Positions 37,626-49,810 of a stretch of DNA of 64,000 bases are shown in pieces. Location of the stretch: assembly GCA_030324005.1 (NCBI GenBank), contig JARDVH010000164.1, forward strand, positions 21,083,283 through 21,147,282. The letters run 5' to 3'. The first letter of the stretch is position 1. Each line of letters opens with the position of its first letter. The notes beneath the pieces were generated by a model that did not search any database, was not told the origin of the DNA, and saw only the letters and a program-made list of their open reading frames with translations. This DNA comes from Negaprion brevirostris. Its lineage: Eukaryota. The translations under genes were made by a program, and so were the position numbers.

Positions 37626-40600
37626 TCTGGCAACCCCTTCTAAAAGTTATTCAGTTGAAACAATGCATACACAAACGTGTGTTGCCATGGAGGGTGTGAA
37701 TTAATAAAAAACATGAGTGCGAGTTTTATTGATTGTCAGAAGTGTGTTTTGAATCCAGGTTCGTTCTTTCCAACAGAAAATTAAGGGATTTGTAGCGTTT
37801 GCTTGCCGAGGCTCTTTGAAAGAAAGGTTTATCGGTTCAGCATTGCACGCAGCAATCCCCCCCAAGCGATTGGAAAAATAGCGGAAGAGGAGACGATCGA
37901 TCAATATGAAGTTCAAAAGGGAAGATTTTTGGAGGCACATCACAGCTCATGTGAAACGCAACATGTGACATTTGGAGCTGCCCCGATTGTTGGGGTTTTG
38001 CCCCAGCGAAGGTTAAAAATGTGAGAAATGCTTGTGTTCGTTCGCCTCTTGCTTATTCCGCTGCACTGCTTTTGTATTGAAACAGTGACGACAAACAAGG
38101 AGGAAAAAAAAAACGGAAGTTAGGGAACCATGCAGTCTATCCCAAAATCCCCTGCTCTTTAAAACCACAAAAGAGCTTCGGTGTGAGTGAGAAAGAGAGA
38201 GAGAGAGAGAAGGCAAGAGCTGTATGTCTAATTCCCAATCCCCATGGTCAAGCATTCCGCCGCTTGACCCGTGCTGGCAACTTTGAGATTGGGTCTGGAT
38301 ACAAAAAGCTCCCGTGGCAAGGCAGAATTTTTTTAAAAAGCAACCCCTTAAAATCAGATAAGACCGTTGTTAAGACCGCCGTCTCGAAGCTACGTTTGTC
38401 TTGAAAATGATTCTTAAAATAAATTAAATGGTTAAAAATCTCCCCCCGATTTAAACATGCCTCACACAAACTAAGCTTGTTCAGCTTATTTACTCAGCAA
38501 GTTTGGACAGTTCGCGGTGGTAAGAAAATCCCCAACATCATCTGATCAAACCTGTGATAGATAATGATCATTCCACTGTACTCATGCGAACATGAACCCG
38601 AAAGATGCGACCATTTCCGCTAATGTCATCTTGGAGACGGATGACAAGGAGTTGCCAAATTATAAACACTTCGAAAATCGGTTTCGACTCGAGTGATGAT
38701 GATCCCTTTATAGAACACAGTTACTTCGGAGATTGTAAGTTTCACTCCAAAAAAAAACCGGATTGTTCGTCTGAAGTGCTGCGCTCAGGGTTAATGCATG
38801 TCACACCAAATCACAGCTAACCACAAAGAAGCCCGATTTTAAAAAAACGCTACCAACTCTTTAAGACGCCCAAAAGGTCGTGTCAGGCGCTATATAAAGG
38901 GACACGCCGTCCCCTTTCTCAAAGCGGTTTCCATACGAAAGAAAATATCTTCTCATGCAGATATACGTAATGAGTGGTATTTAGTTTCGGTTCGCTCCTG
39001 ACGAGTTCAAATTAGAGCTAATTGAAAAAAACACCCATTACCGAGTCTGCATAGAATTGAAACATCAGATAGCAAGAAGCAGACCACTCGGCCCATTTTG
39101 CAAGTAGCCACTCTTCCAGGAATATGCAGACGACAAGTTACAACTGCAACAATAAATGGTTTGCATTCAAAACAAATTTTTCGCCCGATTTCAAATCCGA
39201 GCTAAGGAGAAACTTAATTTAAGCGATTTATAAATCGCTGTGTTGCACTTTTCTTATGACGCATTGTCTCAGTGCAAGATTGTATTTAACAGAAAAGAGA
39301 ATCCTTCGTGGCTTTGTCCAAGGACCCTAAGATACTTTTCGGACAGTTTTGATCGTCAAGTTTGCCTTACGCATCTTCTAAACGGAGGAACGCTATAGTA
39401 CCATACGCAGATGGACAACCTCGGAGCTCTACATGGGGCACTAGGCGTCTTAATATGACATTTTTTTCCAATATAGCTTTCATATCCTCATGGGAATGTT
39501 ATATTTCAGAAATAACACCGAGATGGTTTATTTATAAAACCAAATATTTTGTTTTAGCGAATAGGCAGATTATAAATGCTGCACATGTTTAAACCACTGA
39601 GTGGATGTATCAATGATCTGTCCATCCATTATGGACATTTTCTGAACCGCTCAAGAATTGATCAAGAGCCGATTTTGTGAGATTAAGTCCAGTTCCTCCA
39701 GTAAGTTTGTCAAGTGACGTGGACCTCCATAATAAGCCATACAAAAATCACATCTGGAAGAAATGTTGGAAATGAAATCCAGTTTTCAGGTGTTTGTTAC
39801 GCATCTCCTTTATTCACTTGTTTTCAAACAAAACAGGTTTAAAAAGTGATTGGAGTTTCAAAAATGTGACGTTATCTGTGCCATTGGTTAATGATTTGCC
39901 TGGATTCTTTGTATTAAAACCTGATAATTGAATATAATTTTCTGCTTAAATTTGAACAGTTAACGCCGGTTAGTGTTCCCGAACCTGGTATAAACAAGCC
40001 AGGGCAAAGCGACGGCGCAACCTTCATGCGTGTATACAAATATTTCCATCTGACTAAATATTAACTAAACTATGGCAGTGGTAAATCATAAGCATATTTT
40101 GGTGTTTCTCGTCATCTATTTCATGCAACACTATTCCACAGTAAAACTGCTTTCATTTATCGCATTTTTACACTCGAAGGAACATACCAAGACAGTCCCG
40201 TTATTTATACCCAGAGTTAATTAGTGGGTTGGAACTGGTTCCACGCTGTTTTTTTTCGAGTCTGCAAGACTACAAAATTACCAAGAAACGAATGTCTTTA
40301 CTTGAAACAAACACTGTGGTGAACTGATTTGAAACCGGTGACCCTCCTCCCCCAACAAAAAAAAGCCTTTTTTTAATGCTGCACAATCTCTATATTGTTT
40401 TCTGTAAGAAAAAATATCTAGCTGACGTTATTTATTTTAATCCTACCATTTGTCTACAGTTAGATCATCACGTTTGCATTAAGATGTAGCTTAGGCTGGC
40501 TGTCTTGCTTAGAAGTTGACGCCTGACATTTGTTATTAAATGTCTGNNNNNNNNNNNNNNNNNNNNNNNNNNNNNNNNNNNNNNNNNNNNNNNNNNNNNN

Positions 40601-41534
40601 NNNNNNNNNNNNNNNNNNNNNNNNNNNNNNNNNNNNNNNNNNNNNNNNNNNNNNNNNNNNNNNAGGAGCAACACTTGGTAAAGTTGTGTATGGCCGTTAT
40701 GTAAGGCGATGTGATCCACCAGCATCGAGTGTCACTGCACTGTCGGCTGAACAAAGGTGCTCCCAGCTCATAGAGGGCGATGAGACAAGAAAGATCTGCA
40801 GGGAATCCTTGCAAAATTCCACGCTGAAAAATGGCTGATAACTGGAACAGGGATGCAGGGTAATTAAATATACGGTAACTATAATGTGGCAAGTGTAATT
40901 GAAAAACATATATATCAGTCATTACCTTTACAACTGAGCAACCCAACTGACTTTTTTTAATCACCGCAGAAGGGATGTGAAGAGAGAGAGCAGATTGCAG
41001 GAGTTATGTTGGTCCATGCATGCTTTTCATTTCACAATCAGAAAGCTCTGGTTTCTTTCCTTACCACATAGGCTATCCATAGATGTGGAGAATTGTCCAG
41101 GGTAACGCTTTCAGAAATTCAATAACATTCTGCTCATATCTCTGCGAGGTAGACCAATATTGTTCTTCAGAATTGTTATCAGGGTGTAATTCGGTTTTCT
41201 TCTGTTCAATTGTCACAAATTTGAAATCATGCAATTAGCGTCACCTGTTGGCAGTGAGGAAAGTGGAATTTGTGAAATGTGCCCAATCCTGCAATGGTCT
41301 CCAGCTCCCCTCCCCACAATGATTTCTTTCACAATAACTTCTCAATTCTTCCAGTCTTTGGATAAAGCCGTAACTTCCTTCAATTTCAATTCCAGCTTTC
41401 TTGGTGTTCTTGTACCTTACGCCCTGAGGAGTCCCCCCAAACCCCGCACACACACACAGTTGGGCAAAAAGTTTAAACTTACACAGTGCCTTGAACAACT
41501 TTGAACGAATATCAACAGAAGACATTTTCATTTT

Positions 41535-41640
41535 CCGCCCCGTCTTTCACGACTTCAGCACTTCACAGCCAATGAAGTTCTTTTGAAGAGGGGTCACTGT
41601 TGTTGGATGCAAAGCCAATTTGCGCACAGCAAGCTCCCAT
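41535..41640 (-). mobile_element. DeuSINE 3' fragment
   Basis: cacttcacagccaatgaagt...gccaatttgcgcacagcaagctccca matches the other DeuSINE copies. Confidence 0.6.
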
Positions 41641-43717
41641 AATTGTCTATCATTTTAATCTTCACGTGGTGCAAATTCCGCACCCCAAGAAAATATTTGA
41701 TATTGAAACGTCAACTGATTACCAGCCTCGCACTGTCTCCCCGCCCTGTATTCGAGTAAATGGAAAGAGTCAGTTTTTCTATCTGTGCGCGGGGCTTTTT
41801 TTCTTTCGCCGGCAGAATTCCTCAATCTCTCAACTTTGTGGGTTGGGTAAAATTCAGACACGTTGAGGAGAGTGCTACAATCTCATAGACCTCCCCAACA
41901 TACCAGCCAACTTTCATCAGCTGGGAGCACAGAATGGGAGCAGATGCTGTTGGTGGCTGCAACTGCCATCTACCACTGACCAGGCTGAGTCCAACAACAA
42001 GAAGCAGGAGTCAAACAATGTACCCAAAGGAGTGAGGACCAGAATATAACCACATTCAACCGCTGTGAACAGTGCCTGATGCTTGCTGATCCGTTAAACA
42101 AAGTGAATAGAGCCCAAAAGATGCCACAAAGCTTGGTGCAGGCTGGAGAAATGCTGCATTTGAATGTTTTACTATCTAGAGATACTGGTTGATTTTCAAT
42201 TCTTCACTTTTAATAAAAGTAACATTTCACAAAAATGTTACTGTGCTTTTAAATATTTTTCCTGGACTGTTCCTTGAACAGCTTTTGTGATGAGAGTGCT
42301 TAAGCTGACCAGTGGGAATCATGAAACGTCCTCCAGCAGTGAACTGTGAAGGCACAAATCGAAAGCCAAGTGAAACACATGTCAACATTAGTTCTGTACC
42401 ACCACATAGTCCTATGGAAACAATTATTCCAGAAACAACAACTGAGGAGACCACTGGCATGGATGCAGATGCAGCAGCACAATGCCAGTGTCAAACACCC
42501 CATGTATGAAGCAAAACCCTTCTTCATGCTGAGCCATCAATGTGTCATCAGCCCAAGAAGCTGCCTTTCCATCCTTGAAGGTTAATAATTTTAGAGAAGA
42601 GCTTTGCACAATATGGCATGCTGATCAACAATTTGGGCATAGGGCATTCAGGATGAAAAATCATACAGACCACAGGTTGGTTACACTGACTTAAATACCA
42701 GAATGATTGATGTATAAAACTCTTTGATAGTAGCTCATAACATTTGCCAGCCCATGTTCTCTCGGAGCAAGATTACAAATGAAATGTTGGCTTACATATA
42801 ATGTTTGTGACAATTATGCATTATTAGAATAGGCTGAGTCAGATGCACTGTTATTCATTGTTTAAAGATGTTTTGGTTGCACCTTCATGGCTATATTAAT
42901 TACATGGTCCCCATTTCCTTTGATTAGTAGTGTATAATATCTGCATTTGTTGTCATCCAAATCACATACATTCTGCCATAAATGGTTGGATTTAGATTAC
43001 AGTTCATGCAACATCTGAGTTGCTGTGGCAACATGCATGCCTGGGTCTGGAGCTGTGGTTGCTGATGGTAGTTTCCAACTGCCTTTCCATCAAACAACTG
43101 GCCAGGAATGTCTCCTGCTCTTACCATTTGCATGTGATGAGAGGATTTGCAGGATGATACTCAACCTGTCTGGCATTATTGTGAACACACCTTTCTTGGC
43201 TATCAAGTTCTGGGTGGGAGTTCTGGGTGGTTCAAAGGCAGGGATGCTACCCATTGCACTAGAAAACCTCCATTTAGAGGCACACATTTTACAGATCTAA
43301 TACACAAAGCCTTTAGCTTGCAGCACTACAGCCTAGTTATTCTCCTTCCAGTAAGACATATAAAGGGACTTTAGTCCACGAACTCTCCTATGCCAGGCTG
43401 AAAAGATTGTAGGCTGTGAACAAGCATAATTCTGAAGCTAAAGAAAGAATACAAAATGCAGTTGTGTAAATTTATTTCATCTGTTTTCCAAAGGTGAAAA
43501 GTTGTTTGTTCAGGTTCGAGACAATGGAAGTTACATTATGACATGATATTGCAGTGGCTAAAACTGTTTCATCTAGTAACTCGTTTCAATTTATAATTAA
43601 GGATAGTACAATATCTCACTATAGTTCAGTTTCCAAGTGTGAACATTTTCAACAGACCATGGGAACTCACATAACGGAGTGCACAGAAGAATGTTGGAAT
43701 TTCAACTCTATGTTAAA

Positions 43718-43939
43718 TGATGTGGAGATGCCAGCGTTGGACCAGGGTAAGCACAGTAAGAAGCCTTATCAGGTTAAAGTCCAACAGGTTTATTTGGTAG
43801 CACAAGCTCAATTTACTTATATGCTCTGTTTGTGAACAGAACTCCCACCCACCTGATGAAGGGACAGTGCTCCGAAAGCTTGTGGCTTGTGCTACCAAAT
43901 AAACCTGTTGGACTTTAACCTGGTGTTGTGAGACTTCTT
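43718..43939 (+). mobile_element. Short palindromic Penelope-derived element with a minimal type I hammerhead ribozyme core and a 13-bp target-site duplication
   Basis: Perfect 38-bp inverted repeat 43770-43807 / 43885-43922; CTGATGA 43853-43859 and GAAA 43874-43877; TSD actctatgttaaa (43705-43717) / actctatattaaa (43940-43952). Confidence 0.8.
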
Positions 43940-46900
43940 ACTCTATATTAAACCCAAAGGAAGAAAATAGTTGTGAGGAATTAACCTTATTGGTAAAAGG
44001 GGCAATCACAAATTTAGAATGCAAGCTAACAAGATTTATTAAACAACAAGGATTAATACTTAACATTCCACTTGTCAAGGCGTGACATGATACATAATTA
44101 TCAGAGGTCTTCTCTTCTTCTTGGACTTGGTCCCTTCACTAACAATGTTCTTTGAGATTTTAACTTAGTCAAATGAACTATGGCACACATGCAAAACCTC
44201 TTTGTAGCTTGAAGATTTCAACTCTGATTTCCCAGTCTACTTTAACTGTTCTAGCTGCATGTTTCATGACTACTTGCTGAGTCCTTTTCTCTCCCTCTAT
44301 CTCACAAACTGAAAGCAGCTGCCTGACAAAGACTGTTCACTTTTTCTTAAGTCAATTACTTTATCTCTAATACTTGATTCTAACACTGCTCTGGATTCTT
44401 ACCTTGTTACTTTGTTAACTGTGTCAGAACAGTCAGTTTGGAATTTTAACAGCAATCCCCAACATATGATAATTACCTCTTGACTGGCAATATCCTCCAC
44501 AAATGCTAACTTCTCACAAACTGCCCAACAATTAACTCCTAACTTCCTCTCCCAGCAAGAGACCCTTTAGTAAATGTCCGAAAATGAATGCTATTCCTTG
44601 GCAAGTGCAAAGACCGCAAGTGATGATTCCCTGTTTTTATACCCATTTTGCAGGCAACCTTTACAACTTTCAGCCCTGTATCAACACAAACAAAAACTTT
44701 AACCAAATATTTGCAACTCTTAAATGGGAAGGGTGTTTCTATCTTCTCTACTGCAACCTAACTTTATCTTGTACTCTTTACTTAGAATTTTGAACCAATT
44801 GGAAGAGTGCATCTGGCTTCCCTATAACAAACTAACACTAACCTCAGCTTGTATTCTTAACAATTGTAGCCCTCGGTCCATTCTTTCAGCCAATCAGCAT
44901 CTCAGTTTTGCGTTCTGTTTACTGCTCACTAGAGCTCAACTGTGCAAACTGTTCTAGCTCTAACTTCACATATTCTTTCTTAAAGCTACAAGACAATATT
45001 TTGGCCCTGAAAGAGATGCATCTCGAAGACATCTGGACATCACTCCAAAATACAGATAAATTAAGGTTTTCCATTGCTACAGTTTGATAACTTAAGCCTT
45101 TTAATTATACAAATGTGTCAATGAGGGCAAGTCTAACACCCTGCTCTAAAATTCTGTTGTGTATCACACTACTTAATAATGCACTTTCTCACTGAGCCAC
45201 GTGTTTGCTGCATTTTAGTACAACATTTAGTAGAGATGTCAAAAAGTAAATACGTTGAACATTATAAGGTATTAAACATCAAACTTTAAAGCAACCTGGC
45301 AACTATTATTGTTGACTTTTAAAAAAAATCCTGGCTCTAGAATCGTATTTTCATATTAGATATTTCACCATAAATAATTAAAAATGTGAAAGGAAGAAAA
45401 TTCTGACTTTAATTTTCTTCCTTTAATGTGGTTAATTTGTTACATTTAAAAGGAATGATACATGGAAGCTTTGCCAGAAAATAGATGCAAGATAGAGGCA
45501 CCTGTAATAACTTTATCAAGGACCATGAGGTGGAACTATTTGAATATGAGCCCCCTAATTGAGGCAGTTAATGCTGTCCAGTCCAGGAGCCCTGCTGAGC
45601 TATTGTTATAATTTGGGTCAGAAACTCTAAATTATTCTGTGAAGTATGCCTGGATCATAAGTTTTGCACTTTGAATTTAGCTGGAGTGAGAATGAGATAT
45701 TTCACTTCAGGTATGATTCAACTGACCTACTAAGGAGCTTTTATCAAACAAAGTTCGTTTAAGTATACAATTAACATGCATAGAAAGAAAACTAGCAATA
45801 CCTTTTACCAATTACAAACAAGGAAAAAATCATAATATTGTATATATCTTAACAGGTGCAAAGGTTCCCATGGATTTCTTGTCGTTTTCCTGCTGGGTGG
45901 AGGAGATTTGGCTGTTGGTAAGCTGCTGCAGCGCATCTTTAAATTTGTACACAGTACAGCCACGGTGTCAGGGGGTGAATATTTATGCTGTGGATGAAAT
46001 TCCAATCAAATGGACTATTTTGTTCTGGATAGTATTAAACTTCTTGTGTATTGCTATAACTTAAAAATGCTTATTTCACAAAAAAATGTGTTCTTCAGAC
46101 AGGGGTGAATGAAGATCTATAAACAAAGAAACATATATATGTTATTGCATCTCTCATGGCCTCGGGATACACAAATTCTTCACAGGTCCTCAAGGCGTAA
46201 TGCCATCTGCTGTGAGATGTCTCACTTTACCCAAAGCAAAAACACTGGAATAATTAAACCATGCCAAAGCACAACGTGAGAGTAACAATGAGTAATGACG
46301 TGCTGAAGTACCAGTGTATCCTGGAAGACTGACCTTTCCAGTCCTGATCGGACATTGCTCTAAAGTCTGAACAAGTATACGTTAATATTCAACACAACAT
46401 TTAAATCAAGCACACTGAATTCATTTCGTCCACTGTGTGGTGCGAAGGTTGTCACTCTGCTTTCACATGTTTTTTCCCCTTGGTGCTCGTGATGCAGTTT
46501 TGATGTGTGACACTAACTCAGTACATTTTCTACATGATTTCTCTTGCGGAAAGACCAAGTGTACTGGCTGGCTGCAGGGTTTCATCAACAGCATGATAAT
46601 CCCTGGCTTCCTCATGGTATACAGTACTGTTACTGTAACCCTTTATCCAAATCATGCTCATTCACTCCCGCCTGGTTCTGCTCGCTTTCTAGCACACCAA
46701 CTGTCAACTGAACCAGGGTGTTTAATGAGCTTCACCTTGAGACACAGTTATTGAATTCAGTCTTAGCACATGCCACTGCCTCATTAATAAGTTCACTGAC
46801 CTGTGTGAGAGTAGAACTTTAGGTTATGATTTGAGCCCAAGGCCTCTGCAGCACTAGTGTGGGTATTCATGGGGAATGCTCTCAATGACCTCTGCTCCTG

Positions 46901-48009
46901 AGAACTCCCTTGTAGATGCCACAGCAGTTGCCAGATGCTCCTTTGTGGATTGAGGTGCAAATAATTGATTGCCCATGCCTGCACGGATCTGGCTATAACT
47001 CTGCATAACTGACAATTTATTTTTGTAAGTAGACGTTTTGACTAGAACGCCAACAATTCAACATTAATGTGCCAGGCAGAAGCAAACAAATAAGTGTAGG
47101 TTTAACCCTGTTGGTTGCTTGGAGCAGAAAATGACTTGAAGAAACTATACTTAGCATTCAACAGGCAAGTCATTTACACACAGATGCAACAGTGTCAAAG
47201 AGGCACATCACCAGTCAACTTTACACATCTAAAGGTGGCAAAATGCCAAGATCTATTATTCAGGGTATGGAAACAGGGCATTTAGAAAATCATAATATCA
47301 ATGAGCAGAATGTACACAGATTTATGAATGGGAAATCGTGTTTCACAAATCTGTTCAAAATCTTCTGAGTATGTAACTAGCAGGATGTATAAGAGGGAAC
47401 TGGGACATGTATCCATCGAGCCATAGGGTTGTATTTTCCCTCTGGGGGTGAGAAACAGAAGTCAGAGCTGTCACTGACCTGGGATTTTTACAGGGGTGCC
47501 CCCGTAATTGACATGGAGACAGGTTCTCCATTTGATTAAAGACAGTGGGTGAGCTTTGCCTGATGACAACAGGCCTTCCAGCTTGAAAAGATGATAAGTA
47601 ACAGAGGGAATACTTCAACTTGGAGGTGCAATCTTTCCAGTTGTTCAAGTAAAAGGTAGGTACAGCAGTTTGGCCAACATTGTGGTGTTGTGGAATATGA
47701 TGCAGGAATCACTCTACACCATAGCATTTAACTGTCACTTCACCCAGGCACTCAGGGCAGGGCTACCATGCCACCAAGACTGCTGCTTCCCCAACCCCTG
47801 ACCTGCCATCAGGTGCCCACTCCAGTCATCTAAACCTGCCCCTGCCAGCATTGGAAATGGAAGGAAACTAGAAAATCCCAAGCAGCCTTCTTTAATTGGC
47901 CTTAAGGAAGCTGTTAATGAGCCTANNNNNNNNTCCAGCATGTGGTGGGTAGGGCTCCTTGCCAATGATGAATCCACCACAGCAAAAATGGCTGATGCTA
48001 GGAATGCTG

Positions 48010-48322
48010 TCGCAGTGGCACAGTGGTTAGCACTGCTACCTCACAGTGCCAGGCACCTGGATTCAATTTCGGCCTCAGGTCATTGTCTGTGTGGAGTTTG
48101 CACGTTCTCCCTGTGTCTACATGGGTTTCCTTTGGATGCACTGGTTTCCTCCCACAGTCCAAAGATGTGTGGGTCAGGTTAATTGGTCATGCTAAACTGC
48201 CTGTCAGTGTCAGGGTAAATGCATGAGGTTACGGGAATAGGGCCTGGGAGGGATTGTTGTCAGTGCAGACATGATGGGCCTAATGGCTCCTTTTTGCACT
48301 GTAGGAATTCTATGATTCTATG
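48010..48322 (+). mobile_element. HE1 SINE with HER1/CR1-derived tail
   Basis: tRNA head, V-core, and tail gatgggcctaatggctcc...gcactgtaggaattctatgattctatga. Confidence 0.9.
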
Positions 48323-48459
48323 AAATCGGGCTGCTGGACAATATCAGTATTTTTGGGCCTTGTGTGTCCCATGGGTATGAAGATTCGGCTCACAGAGTCA
48401 TAGTGACATAGAAAGAGACCATTCATTTTATCGAGTCCAAGCTGGCAGTAATGATTAGT

Positions 48460-49810
48460 GTTTGTAGATTTTGAAAAATTAGATATTACACAAAGGATTC
48501 TTACACAAAATTAAGACTCATAGGATTGGGATATATTAGCAGGAATGGAGGATTGGTTAATGGACAGAAAATAGTGATTCTGGTAAGCAGAGATGGCAGA
48601 CTGTAGCTAGTGGGATACCAAAAGGATTAGTGCTTGGACTTCAGCTGTTTACAATCTACATAAATGACTTTGATGAGAAGGCTGAGAAAAATGCAAGCTA
48701 AGTGGAAAACTGAGCCATAAGGAGGACACAGAAAGGCTACAGGCAACATGGACAGGTTGGATGTGTGGGCAAGAACATGGCAGATAGAAGAGAATGTGAT
48801 TAAGTGGGAAGTTATCCACTTTTGTAGGAAAAATAAAGCAGAATTTTCTTCTGAATGCTGAGAGACTGGGAAATGTTTGTATTCACATGGTCCTTGTGCT
48901 TGAATCACAGAAAATTAACATACAAGTCCAGCAAACGATTGGGAAGACACAAGGTATGTTACCTTTTGTTCCTCAGGGATTAGAGAGTATAAGTGTGAAT
49001 AAAATTTACCACAGTTATACAGGTCACAGGCACGGCCTCACCTGGAGTATTGTGTAAAGTTTTGTTCTCCTTAAGGAAGGAGCTGCAGTAGGAGAACTTC
49101 TCGAAAGAAACTTCAGTCAATTTCATGCAGGTTCAGTTTGTAAAGCGTTGCATAGAAGATCACCTGGCCTAATTCTGCTGCAAAATTTTATGGCCTTATG
49201 GTCTGTGTACCTCCAAAGATGAGAATACCCATCAGAACAGATCATTGTGACTGAAAAAGCCAAGATATTACTTTGATATCTCCATCAGCAATGGAACAAA
49301 AAGAACACAGCAAAGAGAAGGAAGGACATACATTTCATAGAAGAATTGCATAAAAGTTCCACTAGGCTGCTTCCTGGAAAGAGGGGGATTATCCTATCGG
49401 GAGAGATTGAGCAAATTGGGTAAATATCTCCTTAAGTTTAGAAGACTGAGAGACAATCTAATTGAAACACTTCTGATTCTGAAGGAGTTGGACATAACAG
49501 ATGCCGAAAAAATGTTTTTCGCAGACGGGGAATACAGAACACTGTGTCACAGGTTCAGAATAATGGGTCAGTCATTTAGGACTGAGGAGAAATTTCTACA
49601 CTGAAAGGATTATGTGTCATTGCAGTTTTTGCCACAGAGAGCTGTGACCACTCTGTTGTTGAGTATGTTTAAGTTAAGAGGTCCATATATTTTGGGTACT
49701 AAGAATTACAGGTAGAGCGGTAGGTTGGAGTTCAGGTAGAAGATCAGTCCCCAGTGATAGAGGAGCAGGCTTAGAAAGCCAAATCCTCGAGCTCCTATTT
49801 CTTATGTTCC
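48460..49810 (+). mobile_element. Decayed CR1 RT/3' region (upstream part at ~47260-47410)
   Basis: Translations FRRLRDNLIETLLILK and QLFTIYINDFDE; tail ctcctatttcttatgttc at ~49790-49810. Confidence 0.75.

Noticed and set aside
38860-38915. TATA box (TATATAAAG) followed by a small hairpin
   Set aside because: The context ggtcgtg..aggcgctatataaa matches the DeuSINE 3' tail, so there is no independent evidence for a promoter.
41890-43280. Possible Harbinger Myb-like/transposase remnant
   Set aside because: The composition is suggestive, but I could not read any convincing DDE or Myb motif in any frame, so it is left unannotated.
43970-45800. Possible solo LTRs (also ~50890-51130, 56890-57158 and 58496-58806)
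   Set aside because: Some TG..CA-like ends are present, but I found no verifiable TSD, PBS/PPT or second copy in the window.
48010-48075. tRNA-like A/B boxes (also at 13545, 31100 and 58060)
   Set aside because: These are SINE heads, with no cloverleaf or terminator and followed directly by a SINE core.
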